Shown here in pieces: positions 36,690-48,509 of a stretch of DNA of 64,000 nucleotides. The notes beneath the pieces are model-generated. The model was not told the origin of the DNA. It saw nothing but the letters and a program-made list of their open reading frames with translations, and did not search any database. Numbering within the stretch: position 1 is the stretch's first letter; the number at the start of each line of letters is the position of its first letter. The DNA is from Neoechinorhynchus agilis (taxonomy: Eukaryota; Animalia; Acanthocephala): NCBI GenBank assembly GCA_051530055.1, contig CM121342.1:124001-188000 (forward strand). The letters run 5' to 3'. The translations under genes and the position numbers were made by a program.

Positions 36690-38600
36690 ACCCAAATAGT
36701 CATAAACGTGAAAGATCATCAAATTTGATAACGTCAAAAAAATTGAATAACATTAATGGAATTACCGCATCAGAAACACCCAAAAAAGGTTGCAAATTCT
36801 TACTCGCTTAATCGCTCTTATTATTAATTTGTCGTGTCTTTTGTAGACTTCAATAGGTAAACTTAAGACAAAGATGGGCGTAGCAACGAAAACCGGTATA
36901 TGCAAGTGAAATCCGCGTTAAAATTTTATCAAGGAAAAGTTATTTAATTATAAATTCATTTATGTTTTGATATCAAAAATCACGGTTTTTTGTCCACAAT
37001 AGGAAAGACGAATAATTCGAGAAATGTTGCAGCTATCGCAAATCTGAAAACATATTTAGAATTAGCGCGTCGAGGAGTACTCAACGGACAATACCGTATA
37101 ATGGCTACCTTTGGTACTTATGAATCAAATAACATTTGTTAAATTAGTGTAAAGTCATAAACGTTGAAGATCATACAATTTGATAACGTCAACAAAATTA
37201 AATAACATCAATGAAATCACCGCATCAGAAGTACCCAAAAAACTTCTCATGTCTTACCCGCTTAATCGCCGTTATTGTTTATTTCTGGTGTCTTGTGTGA
37301 ACTTCAATAGGTAATCTAAAGACATAGATGAGCATAGAAACTAAAAACAGTATATGCAGGTGTAATCAGCGTTGAAAGTTGATGGAGAAAAAGTTATTTA
37401 ATTATAAATATAAAATAAAATGAGTTTGACAAACTCTTGTTTAATTCTTGTCTTCAAATGTTATGTTTGTTCGGCAGCTTCCTTGATGGCCGCGGCATTG
37501 CCGCGTAAGCACCGCATCAGAAATACCCGAAAAAGCTTATTATGTCTTACCAGCTTAATCCTTATTATTACTATTTGATTTTTGTGGCTTTTATGAAGTT
37601 CAACAGGTAAAGAAAAAACAAAGATGAACATAGAAACAAAAAACAGTGTATACACGTGTAACTAGCGTTAAAAGTTGATAGAGAAAAAGTTATTTAATTA
37701 TAAATTATTTGATGTTTTGATATCAATAATCACGGTTGTTTGCCAAATAATTGAAAGACGAATAACTAAAGAACTATTTCAGATATCTAAAATCTGAAAA
37801 CAGATTTTGAGTTAGCGCGCCGAGAAGTACCAAACGAACCATACTGTATATTGCTAGCTTTCGCAATAAAGCCGCAAATTGAATTTGTTCAATTCATCAA
37901 TAGTCATAAACGTGAAAGATCATTAAATTTTAAAAACGTCAACAAAATTCAATTACATCATTGCAAGCACCGCATCAGAAATACCCAAAGAAGCTTTTTA
38001 GGTCTTACCCGCTGAATCACCGTTGTTATTTGTTTCGGGTGTCATTTATGAACTTTAATGGTTAAACAAAAGACACCGATGAGCATAGCAGAAAAAATGC
38101 ATGCAGGTGAAATACGCGTTCAAAGTATATATAGGAAAAAGTTATTTAAACATAAATTAATAATTTTTTTAATATCAATAATATACGTTGTTTGCCGGAA
38201 AACTTAAAGATGAATTACTAAACAACTACCGCAGCTATCGCAAATCTGAAAACAGATTACGAGTTAGCGCGTCGAGAAGTACGAAATAGATACTATTGTA
38301 TATTGTTGGCTTTCGTATTAACGTCGCAAATCACATTTGTTTAATTCGTCTAAAGTCACAAACGTGAAAGATCGCTAAATCTGCAAATGTCAAGAAAATT
38401 CGATAACATCTTTGAAATCACTGCATCAGAAATACCTGAAAAAAGCTTTTCAGGTCTTACCCGCTTAATCGCCGTCATTACTTATTTCTGGTCTCGTTTA
38501 TGAACTTCGATAGGTAAACTAAAGACATAGATGAGCATTGTAACAAAAAACAGTTGACGTCTTACGAATATAGCAAATGCGATTTGCGACGTCGCGTTAT
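36690..38600. repeat. Family A satellite, ~450 bp units, ~4 copies, opposite orientation to 45-1565
   Basis: CA(T/C)AAACGT(G/TG)AAAGATC-like motif at ~36701, ~37156, ~37905 and ~38355; homologous to the reverse complement of 45-1565. Confidence 0.88.
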
Positions 38601-38689
38601 CGAAACGTCCAAAAAAGATTGCATTATGATTCTCCGTCTACTGTCCATTGAATGTTGCTGTGCTTTTAATTCAGCACGTGTGCAAACTT

Positions 38690-39520
38690 TGCCGGTTCTG
38701 TGATTTCATCGACTAAGATAAAAGTGTCATCTACGTTTCTCTACCGGAACTTCACACCAGGTAGGCTTGAAACGTTCCTAGCCTCCCATTCGCGCATTCC
38801 CCATGGACAGTCCATCTACTTGATCATAGCTCTCGCCTTCGAAGTTTGACATCAGCAAAAATCATTCTATATTCTGCACATGCGAGCGCCTTCAATCTCC
38901 CTGTGAACACCACACCAGATGACACGGTGTGCTCATCCGGAGGCACTAAGTTTCTTAACATGGTAGCCAATATCAAGCTGTTTACGTATTATATGCAGAA
39001 TGCGATGCAATAATTGGCCCAGCCTCTAATGGGCTTATGTACTTTTGCCAATAAGTACATGTTAGGTGTAAGTCCGTTGTTGGAATGATGTTTTTGGTAT
39101 ATTTTCTCGTCTATCCTTCCATGCTTCTTTAGTGCAAGTACATATTGGTTGAACATATTTTCTCGTTTTGTAGTGGGCATATATTATTAGATCGAAACTC
39201 TGGACCCGATAAGATATCCTCAGCCATTCTATGATAGTGTTCTTCATCTACAATGCAGAATCCTCTGCCTTTGTACAACTTCATGATACGTATCTCCTTA
39301 ATTCGATTAAGATTATTCATCGCTAAGATCAGTTGTTGGGGCAAGTTAGTACGTTTAATTCTGTTTTCTTTATGTAGCAATGCTTCTACTTTCCATAATG
39401 GAATTGTGATTCCAGTAAATTTCGCATTAGATATCATCTTCTCCATTTCAAGGGTTAATCTCATGTTGTGGAGTTTGCCACGAGTAAAATAAATTCGATT
39501 TGCGACACGAGCAGACTAAG
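38690..39520 (-). mobile_element. Penelope-like RT fragment (copy 2)
   Basis: Near-identical to 23880-24760 (PNMYLLAKVHKP). Confidence 0.85.
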
Positions 39521-40469
39521 CCATAATATGTCGGGCATTGGGAAACTAGCAATTTGTTCAAGTGTATGAGATTGAACTTCGTCATTGTTTCCGTTATTTA
39601 ATTTTTTTGTCTTCGCCGCGTTACGGTGTACGGGCATTTGGATTGGGACCGATACTCTTAATGATCCTAAGAAGTGTGCCGGTTAGTTCGTTAACTAATC
39701 TTTTGTTATGTAAACTTTTGTAATTTTATTGCAAGTTTTTCATGTCATGGATCGACCAAGCAAGATGGGACAACGTTCAATGATACTCATCATTTTTTAG
39801 CGGATAATTTTGTGTCGTTCAATAACGCGATCGTCAAGTTTATACCCAGCACTACTGCATGTTCAATGCATTTAAACATTGAACGTTTTAATCAACAACC
39901 ACGGTCGTTAGCTTCTCTTCCTGTTCCGAGAGCCTTGACTGACAAACTTTACAAGCACTCACCCGCGTCATTGCTTTTATGCTATGCCTAGCCCTTACTA
40001 TGATCCTTTCTCCGAGATTAAGTGAACGTTTATAAGATAAGGTGGCCGATTGTCATTCTCCGCAAATAAGTTAGGTTGAAATTTTTTAACGTTGCATTCT
40101 TTTTTAAAGCGCAGTGGTTTTTAGCGCTTCCAATTACAGAACCAACTAATACATTTGATTGAATTTTTTATGCTACCACCTTTAAAAATCGATTGTAAAT
40201 TTTCATCTGAAGAGACTTAAAACTGTCCGTCAATTCAATAATGAGCATTAAAAACACTTTAGAAGACGAATAAAATCGAAAAGAAACAAAAATTTGAAAA
40301 CACTTCGAGAAAGCAGACTACACGTCTTCCTTTCACAAATTATTTTCTCAGGACGCTCGGAAAGAAAAACAAAGACGAAAGCAAACATTGCTGAAAAGAA
40401 CGACCTCTTAAGTGCGAGAAAAGTTCAAAGAAATGTTGTTCTTCATTTTTCGGTTAAAAAATGATGATA

Positions 40470-41715
40470 AAAATTTAAACGTGCGCCAAATAATTTCAAG
40501 GACTATATTTCTTCCGTTTTTTGTACATTGCTAATCGCTGTCTGTTCCCTATCGGTGCTTCTACATTCCGCGCATCGTTCTGTTTTGTTTGCTGATGAAT
40601 TGAGCGATTTTGGAGCTGATGGTTTGTTTTAACCTTTGCACCGAGGACCCTTGGTAGCATCTTGGAGCATCAATGAACGTGAGTAATTTTTTGAAAATAA
40701 TTGGAAACGCATTTTCCCCTATCAATAGAGCCTTCCGATCGGCGGGGAATATCTCTCTAAATCTCAAGAAATCTTCTGTATCTTGGATGGCGAGTATTGT
40801 TGATTAGCTCATCCACCACGCTCTTATACGCAAATGCCCCTTTACACCTGCGTTTTGACTGTGGCGTATGATTCAAAACGTCACTAATTAGATGACGAGG
40901 TCTTTTGCTAGGCATGCATTTATTTTGGAAATATGTTCTTTCACACGGGTTTAATACTTTTGATCAATTTTTTCCATATTTCTTTATAGCTGATTCTTCA
41001 TTTATTTTAATTGTGTTCCATGCATTGTTATTTAAAGATTATTAATTCTTCTGCTTCGTGTCATGAAAAGGTGGAACGTCTTTAAGCTCTTCTCTGCCGA
41101 ACTTGTAGCCATTTTCAAAGCGGTTTTAATTAACAAATTTAATTTTTTAGCCGCTTGGTCAATTCATTTGAATAGCTACCTGTTGAGCCGACAGCGATTC
41201 CCATTGTCGAAATGCTTTGAGGAGGAAAATCCAGCTTTATTGTTACCTCTTCTATAATTGCGTTATATTTATCCTCTTTCGCAGTCATAATTTCTTCTGT
41301 GCGTTCATTTGTATTTTCGTAGTAGACGGCAAAGCCAACTATGATCGCTTCTTGTGCGTTTTAATTGACTAATATTGCATCCGGTTTTTACACCTGCTCT
41401 CCAGGATCGTGGGTACTATTCTCAATTGGAACTTCAAACCGAGAACCCCATCTCTTGTTTGGAACCCATGGGAATCGATTTAGGACGGCATCGTGGTGCT
41501 CTATCATCCTGCCTCGACTGTAGGGGCCGCTGTTGAGCACATGCAGTTGTGTTTCAGCTTGGGCCGTAGAATGCTGACATCTTCTCGTCCTGTTGTGGTC
41601 GATTGTTGCCATCCGGATTTGTATAAGATAATTGCGGATGGTGCCGTTATACTCAATACTGTTTCTGAATTTGTCGCATTGAATTGATTTGCATCGCCCA
41701 AAGTAAAGTCCGACA
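40470..41715 (-). mobile_element. Composite block: R2 RLE plus 3' UTR, 28S +1..+33 (40878-40910), 'HPRY' unit copy 4
   Basis: Reverse complement of 6700-7832; TAGCAAAAGACCTCGTCATCTAATTAGTGACGT on the minus strand. Confidence 0.85.
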
Positions 41716-44030
41716 CTGCGAGCCCATAAAAGCGTGGAATACGGCCAACGACTGTTTTGCCGCTGTTTTTGCCATATTCAACGCCGTTTTATTCCCCATA
41801 GAGAGGAGCTTGAGGCGGCGGAGCAAGGATTGGGTAAATGTCCCACGTGACCCCACTGCGAGACCAATAGTGGCAACTTTATGTTGTTCAACTTTAAAGT
41901 GTGCGGCCACTACCGTAACAATTGGTTCGTACTTGTCTTCCTTGCCCTTCATGACAGCTTCACCACGATCTCTTCAAGTCTCGTAGTGGACAGCAACGTC
42001 TGCTATGAGCACCTTGCCACTGGACTTGTTGCGCAAAATGAGATCTGGTTTATGCAGATCGCCGGCCTCGTCATGAAACCGGTTCTGCTCCAAAACCTCA
42101 AATTTTGGCCTAGGCCGCTTCGCCAACGTCCATGCCTGGCGCGATTGCACCCTGTCATTGCGCCGGGTCATTATGGCTGAGGTGTACTCACATCCATTGA
42201 GCACATGAGAACAGGATTCGACCTTCTCGGTACAACGCCGACACGACTTGCCACGTTGATGGTCCATTCGGTTAAGGACTGAACCAACCTCTAAGAGCTG
42301 AAGCCGAAGCTTTACGTGCTCTACGTAAGAGTTGTACCGAGCTTGTCTATACCGAAACGATATAAGATTTCGGTCAACAAGCCCGTCCGTAAAGCACTCA
42401 TGACCATGCGTTTGCTTCGTCGCGTCTTTGCGTTTGGAATATTCCGCGTGAATTTACTGACTAAGCTCGTGTTGGTCACTTAGCTTTTTGAGGTGGTCCG
42501 TTAGTGAACCGATCTCTTTGCGGAGATCAATGGCGCTTCCGAATTTATCCAAAACTGCTCTCAAAGCATTGAACCGTGTGCACTGCACTTCCTGCTCCAG
42601 GCTTCTGAATCCTAGACCACCTTTTGAGAGTGGCACATAAAATGCGCCATCGCTGAGATTCCTCGGAAGCTTGGGGAGGTTCTTCAATTTAGATCTCCAC
42701 AGCTCGTCGATACGTCTCAGGTTCGTGGACGATATATCCCATGAGGCTCCGAGCTTAGCCAACAGGGATGGCACCGCGTAATCATTCAATAGGTGCGCTG
42801 CCTGTGTGGGCGATACAAGGACGCTCCTAGCAACGGCAAAAAGGTTTTCCAGTGCGCTTTTCGCTTCATCTAGTGTGGTCTCCTTCCACTGAGTGTCGCC
42901 TAGGTACTTCACTGGATCGCCTTCGATGATGGCTTTGAGTACGACTCCATTTATACGAATACCGGTCTCCATGTCCACTACCAGCTTCCCGCATTTATAG
43001 CTTTGCCGATATGTTTGACATTTTTCTGGGCTCAGAAAGAGCATGTTCTCTTTGAGCTTAACTTGAAGAATGTCAATAATTTTTGGACGTTCGCGTAATC
43101 ATCCGCCAGTAGAAGGACATCGTCCATGAAGATTGCGAACCTCTTGCAGTGCCTCGTCGACGCAAATCGCGAATAGCAATGGGGATAGCGGGGTCTCCTT
43201 GCTTCACTCCTCTTAGGAGCCTGATGGGATCTGAGGGCCTCGAATTAGACATGTGGATCCTCGTACGGCTTCCGCGGAATGTGTTCATCACATATCTGCT
43301 AAGATAGTGTTACGAAGTGGTTCCTCAAGCGCACCGTGCGACACAGTATCAAAGGCACTTTTTACGTCAAGCACGGCAACTGCAAGAGGTTGCTTGTTTG
43401 CCCTTTTCTCTCTTACTACGCTCCGCAAAGTTAGTAAATTAGCAAAACATGCCGAAGGGTCAAACGCCGTTTGTCCATCATCGAGGCTGCATACTCATCG
43501 AAGCCTTCCAACTAGAATGCGGTGCAGGATCCGTATTATAATGGAGGAGATCGCTATAGGTCTCCAGCCACTCTGAGTTTTTAGCTTCGCTGGTGGCGCG
43601 CTCGCCTTTGGCAAAAGTAGAGTTTTCAACTCGAACCACGACTGTGGTGGTCGACCAGTTTGCATGACGAAGTTGAACAACAACGTCATCCCAACCAAGC
43701 ACGGGTCGAAGGCACGGATGTCTCTCACCGTTATTCGGTCGGGCCCAGGAGCGCTTGAGGTCTTTATGCCTTTCAAGGCATTTTTAACCTCCACCACTGT
43801 GATTGACGGCCACCGCTCATCCGTTGTAGGTTCAGAAGTAGCCGGCCTGGTATGAGCTTGATCATCCCCTTCGAATAGCTTTCTATAATGATCCACTGTG
43901 TGATCAATGCTAAGTGTACAATCTCGCCGCTTTGCATCCTTGAACACCTCGTCCGCAAGCCTTGGAGTGTTCGCGAAATACAGGGCTCGATTACGCCGCC
44001 TCGTGCAGTACGTATGTCTATGTGTAGGAT
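41700..44030 (-). mobile_element. Decayed R2-like element (pre-RT motif, RT, thumb, RLE)
   Basis: RNRALYFANTPRLADEVF; SAPGPDRIT; GWRPIAISS; GVKQGDP; CRRCTEKVESCSHVLNGC; HKPDLIL..IADVAVH; LAVGSRGTF. Confidence 0.92.
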
Positions 44031-46320
44031 CCGAAGCCGCTTAAGAAGAGAATGGCTATAGGTGCCTCTTAACCCAATGTACTGTACCAGTGTGCTTGCA
44101 ATGCAGGATAAGATCTGGCTTGTAAAGATTGCCGGCCGAATCATGGAATCTATTTCCTTTGACGACCTCGAAGTCTACGCCTTGTTCCTTCTTCAGAGTC
44201 TAAGTAAGTCGACTCTGCACATGATCATGTCTTTTGGATATCGATGTTGAGGAGTGGTCACACATGTTCAACACATGAACTTGTGTCTCATTTGGAGCCG
44301 TGCAGTTTCAGCATGACTTTTTCTGCTTGGGATCCATTCGTGCCAACACCGAACCTACGTCCAATAATTGAAGCCGTAGCTTTACTTGTTCGACATATGA
44401 ACTGTACCGGTCTTGCCGATACCGGAAGGAGATTAAATTCCGTTCGAACATGCCATTCGTGAAACAGTCGAGCCCTTGACTTTGAGTCATTGCCTCTTTC
44501 CAGAGACTTATCAATGATCTGTGAATAGAAGAATTAATGTTTATATTGACATTCAAGCTCCCGCATTGTTCGTTGATTCCTAGACCTTCGAGGAACTTAT
44601 TAATTTGCGTTACCTCCTTTGAGACATTGACAAGGCCATTAAACCGGGCCAGCACTTTTTGAACGGAATTAAAGCGCATCGCCATGATTTCGTTGTAGAT
44701 TGATCGATAACCCAGACAGTGGTAGGTGAAACGCACCGTCCGAAACGTGTCGGGCAGCTGCAATATGCTCTTAAGCCGCGTTCTCCACATAATATCGATC
44801 TTAGTGAAATCAGTGGGCGAAAAGCCCCAAGCGGCGGCGATTTTTCCAACATATACGGGGCCTGCGTAGTCGTTTATTAAATGTGCCGATTGCGTTCGGT
44901 GCAACTGCGCATCTTTGACCTCATTAAAGAGCCTGCCCAGTTCAAGTGAAGCCTGTTCAAACGACGTGTTTTTCCACGGGTGACCTCCGAGATATTTCAC
45001 AGGTTCCCCTTCAATGACTGGGCTAACAGGACTACCGGATATGTGTATTGTCGCTTTGTATTTGATGCAAAGTTTGCCATTGTTATACGTGTGGCTATAG
45101 TGGCGACATTTTTCGACAGACAGCGAAGGTTCCTTTCGTTGCAGTCCGCTTACAATCATATCGACCATCACTATAAGATTTGAGTCGTTGTCCGCCAAAA
45201 AGAGGACATCGTCGGCATACACAAGGTGGGAAAGAGATAAATCATTCCGGAGCTTGCACCCTAACTGTGAATTCGACAGGTCGTCGAGGATATCGTCCAT
45301 TATTAAAGCAAATAAAGGGGGTGAAAGAGGATCACCCTGTTTGACACCTATGCTAAAACGGTTCGGTACTGACTGTGGCTGACCGTTCACCTTGATGCGA
45401 GTGTAACCAGAAGAATGAGACGCCATTATATATCTGCGTAGATACTCCGGGCAATTCTTACTGCGGAGTGCAGAATCGAGGGCACAGTGAGCGACAGTAT
45501 CAAAGGCGGACGTAATGTCGAGTACTGCTACTGAGAGTGGTACTTTACGGGCACGACATTGCCGGATAGCAGCCTTTATAATACGAAGGTTGCAGGAACA
45601 TGCAGAAGGGTCAAACGCGGCCTGGCCTTCGTTCAGTTTGCAGGATTCCTTCAATCGTTTCAGCAGGACGCGATGAAGTATACGCACGATCAGCGACGAG
45701 ATAGTGATCGGCTTCCATCCACCTATCGACTTAAATTTGTGGGAAGAAGCGTTTGATTTTGGGATCATTATTGTTTTGGACTCGTGAAGTGGGTCGGGAG
45801 GAAACCCGCTGTGTATTATAGTGCTTAGCAAAACAGTCATGCCACATAGCGTTGGGTCAAAGGCTCTAATCTGTCGTAATGTTATCTTGTGATGACCTGC
45901 TGCAGAAGATTTAATTCTTTTAATTGCTTGTTCAATCTCGTGAGACGTTATTAGTTGGAAGGATTGTGAAAGGTGACTTCGGCAGGATTTAAAGCGCATT
46001 CTCTCTGTTGAGAACCCTTAAACGTCTCTTTAGCTAGCTTCACGGTGTCCGAAAAGTACAGCGCTCTATTTCGTTTTGCGTTGATTGAACGTGCATGGTT
46101 TTTAGTTAAACCGAGGCAACGAACGCATGGAAAGAGGCCATTTTTGTCTTCCCATAGAGTAAAGACATTTGAAGTGGCACCAGTACACATGACTCTTCGG
46201 ATGCTTGCAATCGTTGTTATAAATAACGAAGTCGCAATGATAGACCGCTGAGGCGGCGAAAAGAACAAACCAATTAGAGATAACCTGCCCTTTTTCGAGT
46301 GCCTCGAAAATTTCCTGAAT
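44030..46320 (-). mobile_element. R2-like element with long intact RT ORF (44308-45999), OTU-like tail and truncated RLE
   Basis: GWKPITISS, VLDITSAFDT, GVKQGDPLSPPLF, LVYADDV; upstream LEKGQVISNWFVLFAASAVYHCDF; downstream HDHVQSRL..YKPDLIL. Confidence 0.93.
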
Positions 46321-46720
46321 AGGTGTGTTGCTGCTAAATTGTATTTTATCAAGCGCTTGCGTTTCCTCGGAGTCAGCCCACGCGATCTAGCACATTTCTA
46401 TTGGTCCGTTGTGGTCCCTGCAATCTCATATGCATACCCAACCTTTTGCAATTTATCCACCCATCAACTGCGCTTGCTTTCCTCCTTAAATAAGCAAGCC
46501 TGCAAAATTTGCTCCAAGGACCTCCCACCAATCGAAGAACACCTTTCCAAAATCTTCGATAAATACATGACCTCCCTGCGTTCCCTTCCATGTAAATTTC
46601 TCCCGTTCATCTCGCCAAGGGAACCTGTCCGAAATATGCGATGTCCGAACAGATTCAATCCGCCTCTCCCTCGCACCACACTATATAAAAAGTAATTTTT
46701 TGCCATCGCACAATCAACCC
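46320..46720 (+). mobile_element. CR1/L2-type LINE 3' terminal coding fragment
   Basis: LYFIKRLRFLGVSPRDLAHFYWSVVVPAISYA..FNPPLPRTTLYKK*FF, typical of the C-terminus of this group. Confidence 0.78.
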
Positions 46721-47579
46721 ATGAGTCTACGGCCTGAATCGGAGGAGAGACTCATGCACATGCGGCGACTTGCAGCTCTTCCGAGTTACTCTCTCAATCA
46801 AACAGCACTTGGTATTTATTTTCAGAGGTGCGCCCTTAGAAACACCTCTCTCTAATCTTTCAAAAGCGCTCAAAGCGCCTCACATTTCTCCTTTTCTCAC
46901 ACTTACAACACTCGTAGCCCCAACATTTTCCATCCTTCAGTTCCTCGCACAAATCTGTACCTCCGCTCTTTTTTCCTCACTGCTCAATCCTCCAAATGCG
47001 AATTGATTTAGAGGAAAGAACAAAAGACAACAACTACAAATTAAACCAACCAAAATCGAACAAATCAAAATTAACTAGCACACCAAAAAATCTACCAAAA
47101 AAGCGAAACAACGTTCAAGATCTGTTTGGACGTCAAAATTTAAATAATCATGAACCGGACAAAAGACACAACCCCTGCTCATTAGAGTGTTCGGAGGACC
47201 CAAAGATACATGGTTCCTTTGCTTTATTAACTCACAAATAAATAAACGTGTCATTAATGTTAACTAAATGAAAAAAATTAACTAAATGAAAAAATTTAAA
47301 AAAAAAAAATTTAAAAAATAGAAACATATAAGGCGATTTATGCCATTCGTATTGAAGTCGAAACCCGCATTTGTTGAATTCGTAAAAAGTAACAAACGTG
47401 AAAGATCATTGAATTTGAAAACGTCAACAAAAGTCGATAACATCAATGAAATCGTCGCATGACAAAAACTCAAAAAGCTTTTCAAGTCTTACCCGCTTGC
47501 AAGTTTTTCATGCCATGGATCCACCAAGCAAGATGGGACAACGTTCAATGATGCTGTTCATTTTACACTACATCTCAAC

Positions 47580-48300
47580 AAATCTAAGCCGGACGTAACT
47601 ACTCTCTTATTGGTAAACCCGTTATGGATTTAACGTGCTTTCGATATAAAAATGAGGAAAATCAAGTAGCAATAAAACGCTGCAGTCGACTCGGTTTTGC
47701 GGTATATTATTTGCTATAAATCACGGTATTTTGCATGAGCACGTGTTTTAATTTTTAAAACTGATGCGTAACTATGACAATGGATTTAATATGTTTTCGG
47801 TATAAACAACGAAAAAGCTCGAAAATAACATACAGGAAAACAGATATCAACTGCAGTGTTTTATTGCTGCAGTCAAAGTTACGCCCGCCGCTAACTCGTT
47901 GCAAAAAGCGCCATAAGTTTTAAAAATTAAAACACTTGCTCAAGCAACATCTTCCGATTTCGAGCAAATAACATCCAGGAAAACAAAAATCAACGGCAGC
48001 GTATAATTGGTGTTTCAGTTTTTTCGTTTTTACATCAAAAATATGACCTCATCTGCTCAAAAATTAGAAACCGTGCTCACGACATATCAACTTATTTTGA
48101 GCGAATAGCATACATTAAAACCAAAATCGACAGCAGTGGTTTTATTGTGCTTTAGATTTTTCGCAACGTCCGCCGCTTACTCGTTGCAAAAACGTTAAAG
48201 TTTTACTCGTTGCAAAAAAACGTCATATGTTTAATAATTAAAAAACCCGTGCTAATGCAATATCTTCTGATTTCAAGCAAATAACATACAGGAAATTGTT
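47580..48300. repeat. Family C satellite (~150-195 bp units) with internal orientation switch
   Basis: AGCAATAAAACGCTGCAGTCGA (~47668) and inverted TCAACTGCAGTGTTTTATTGCT (~47848); related to 53260-53500 and 56170-57190. Confidence 0.75.
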
Positions 48301-48509
48301 TTTGTGACGTCTTTCACCCAGACATTTATTTATTTAATCGAATTTTCGAGACTCGCCGGTCTCCTCTTCAGGTTTTGTAAACATCTAAAATACAATCAGG
48401 CCCTCGCTCAACATCAATTTACGTTTTGCCTCAGGACCCCTGGTCCGTCATGCCAGCGTCTATTTCTAACAAACACGCGAGTAAACGGTGGACGTAAATA
48501 TGACTTTTC

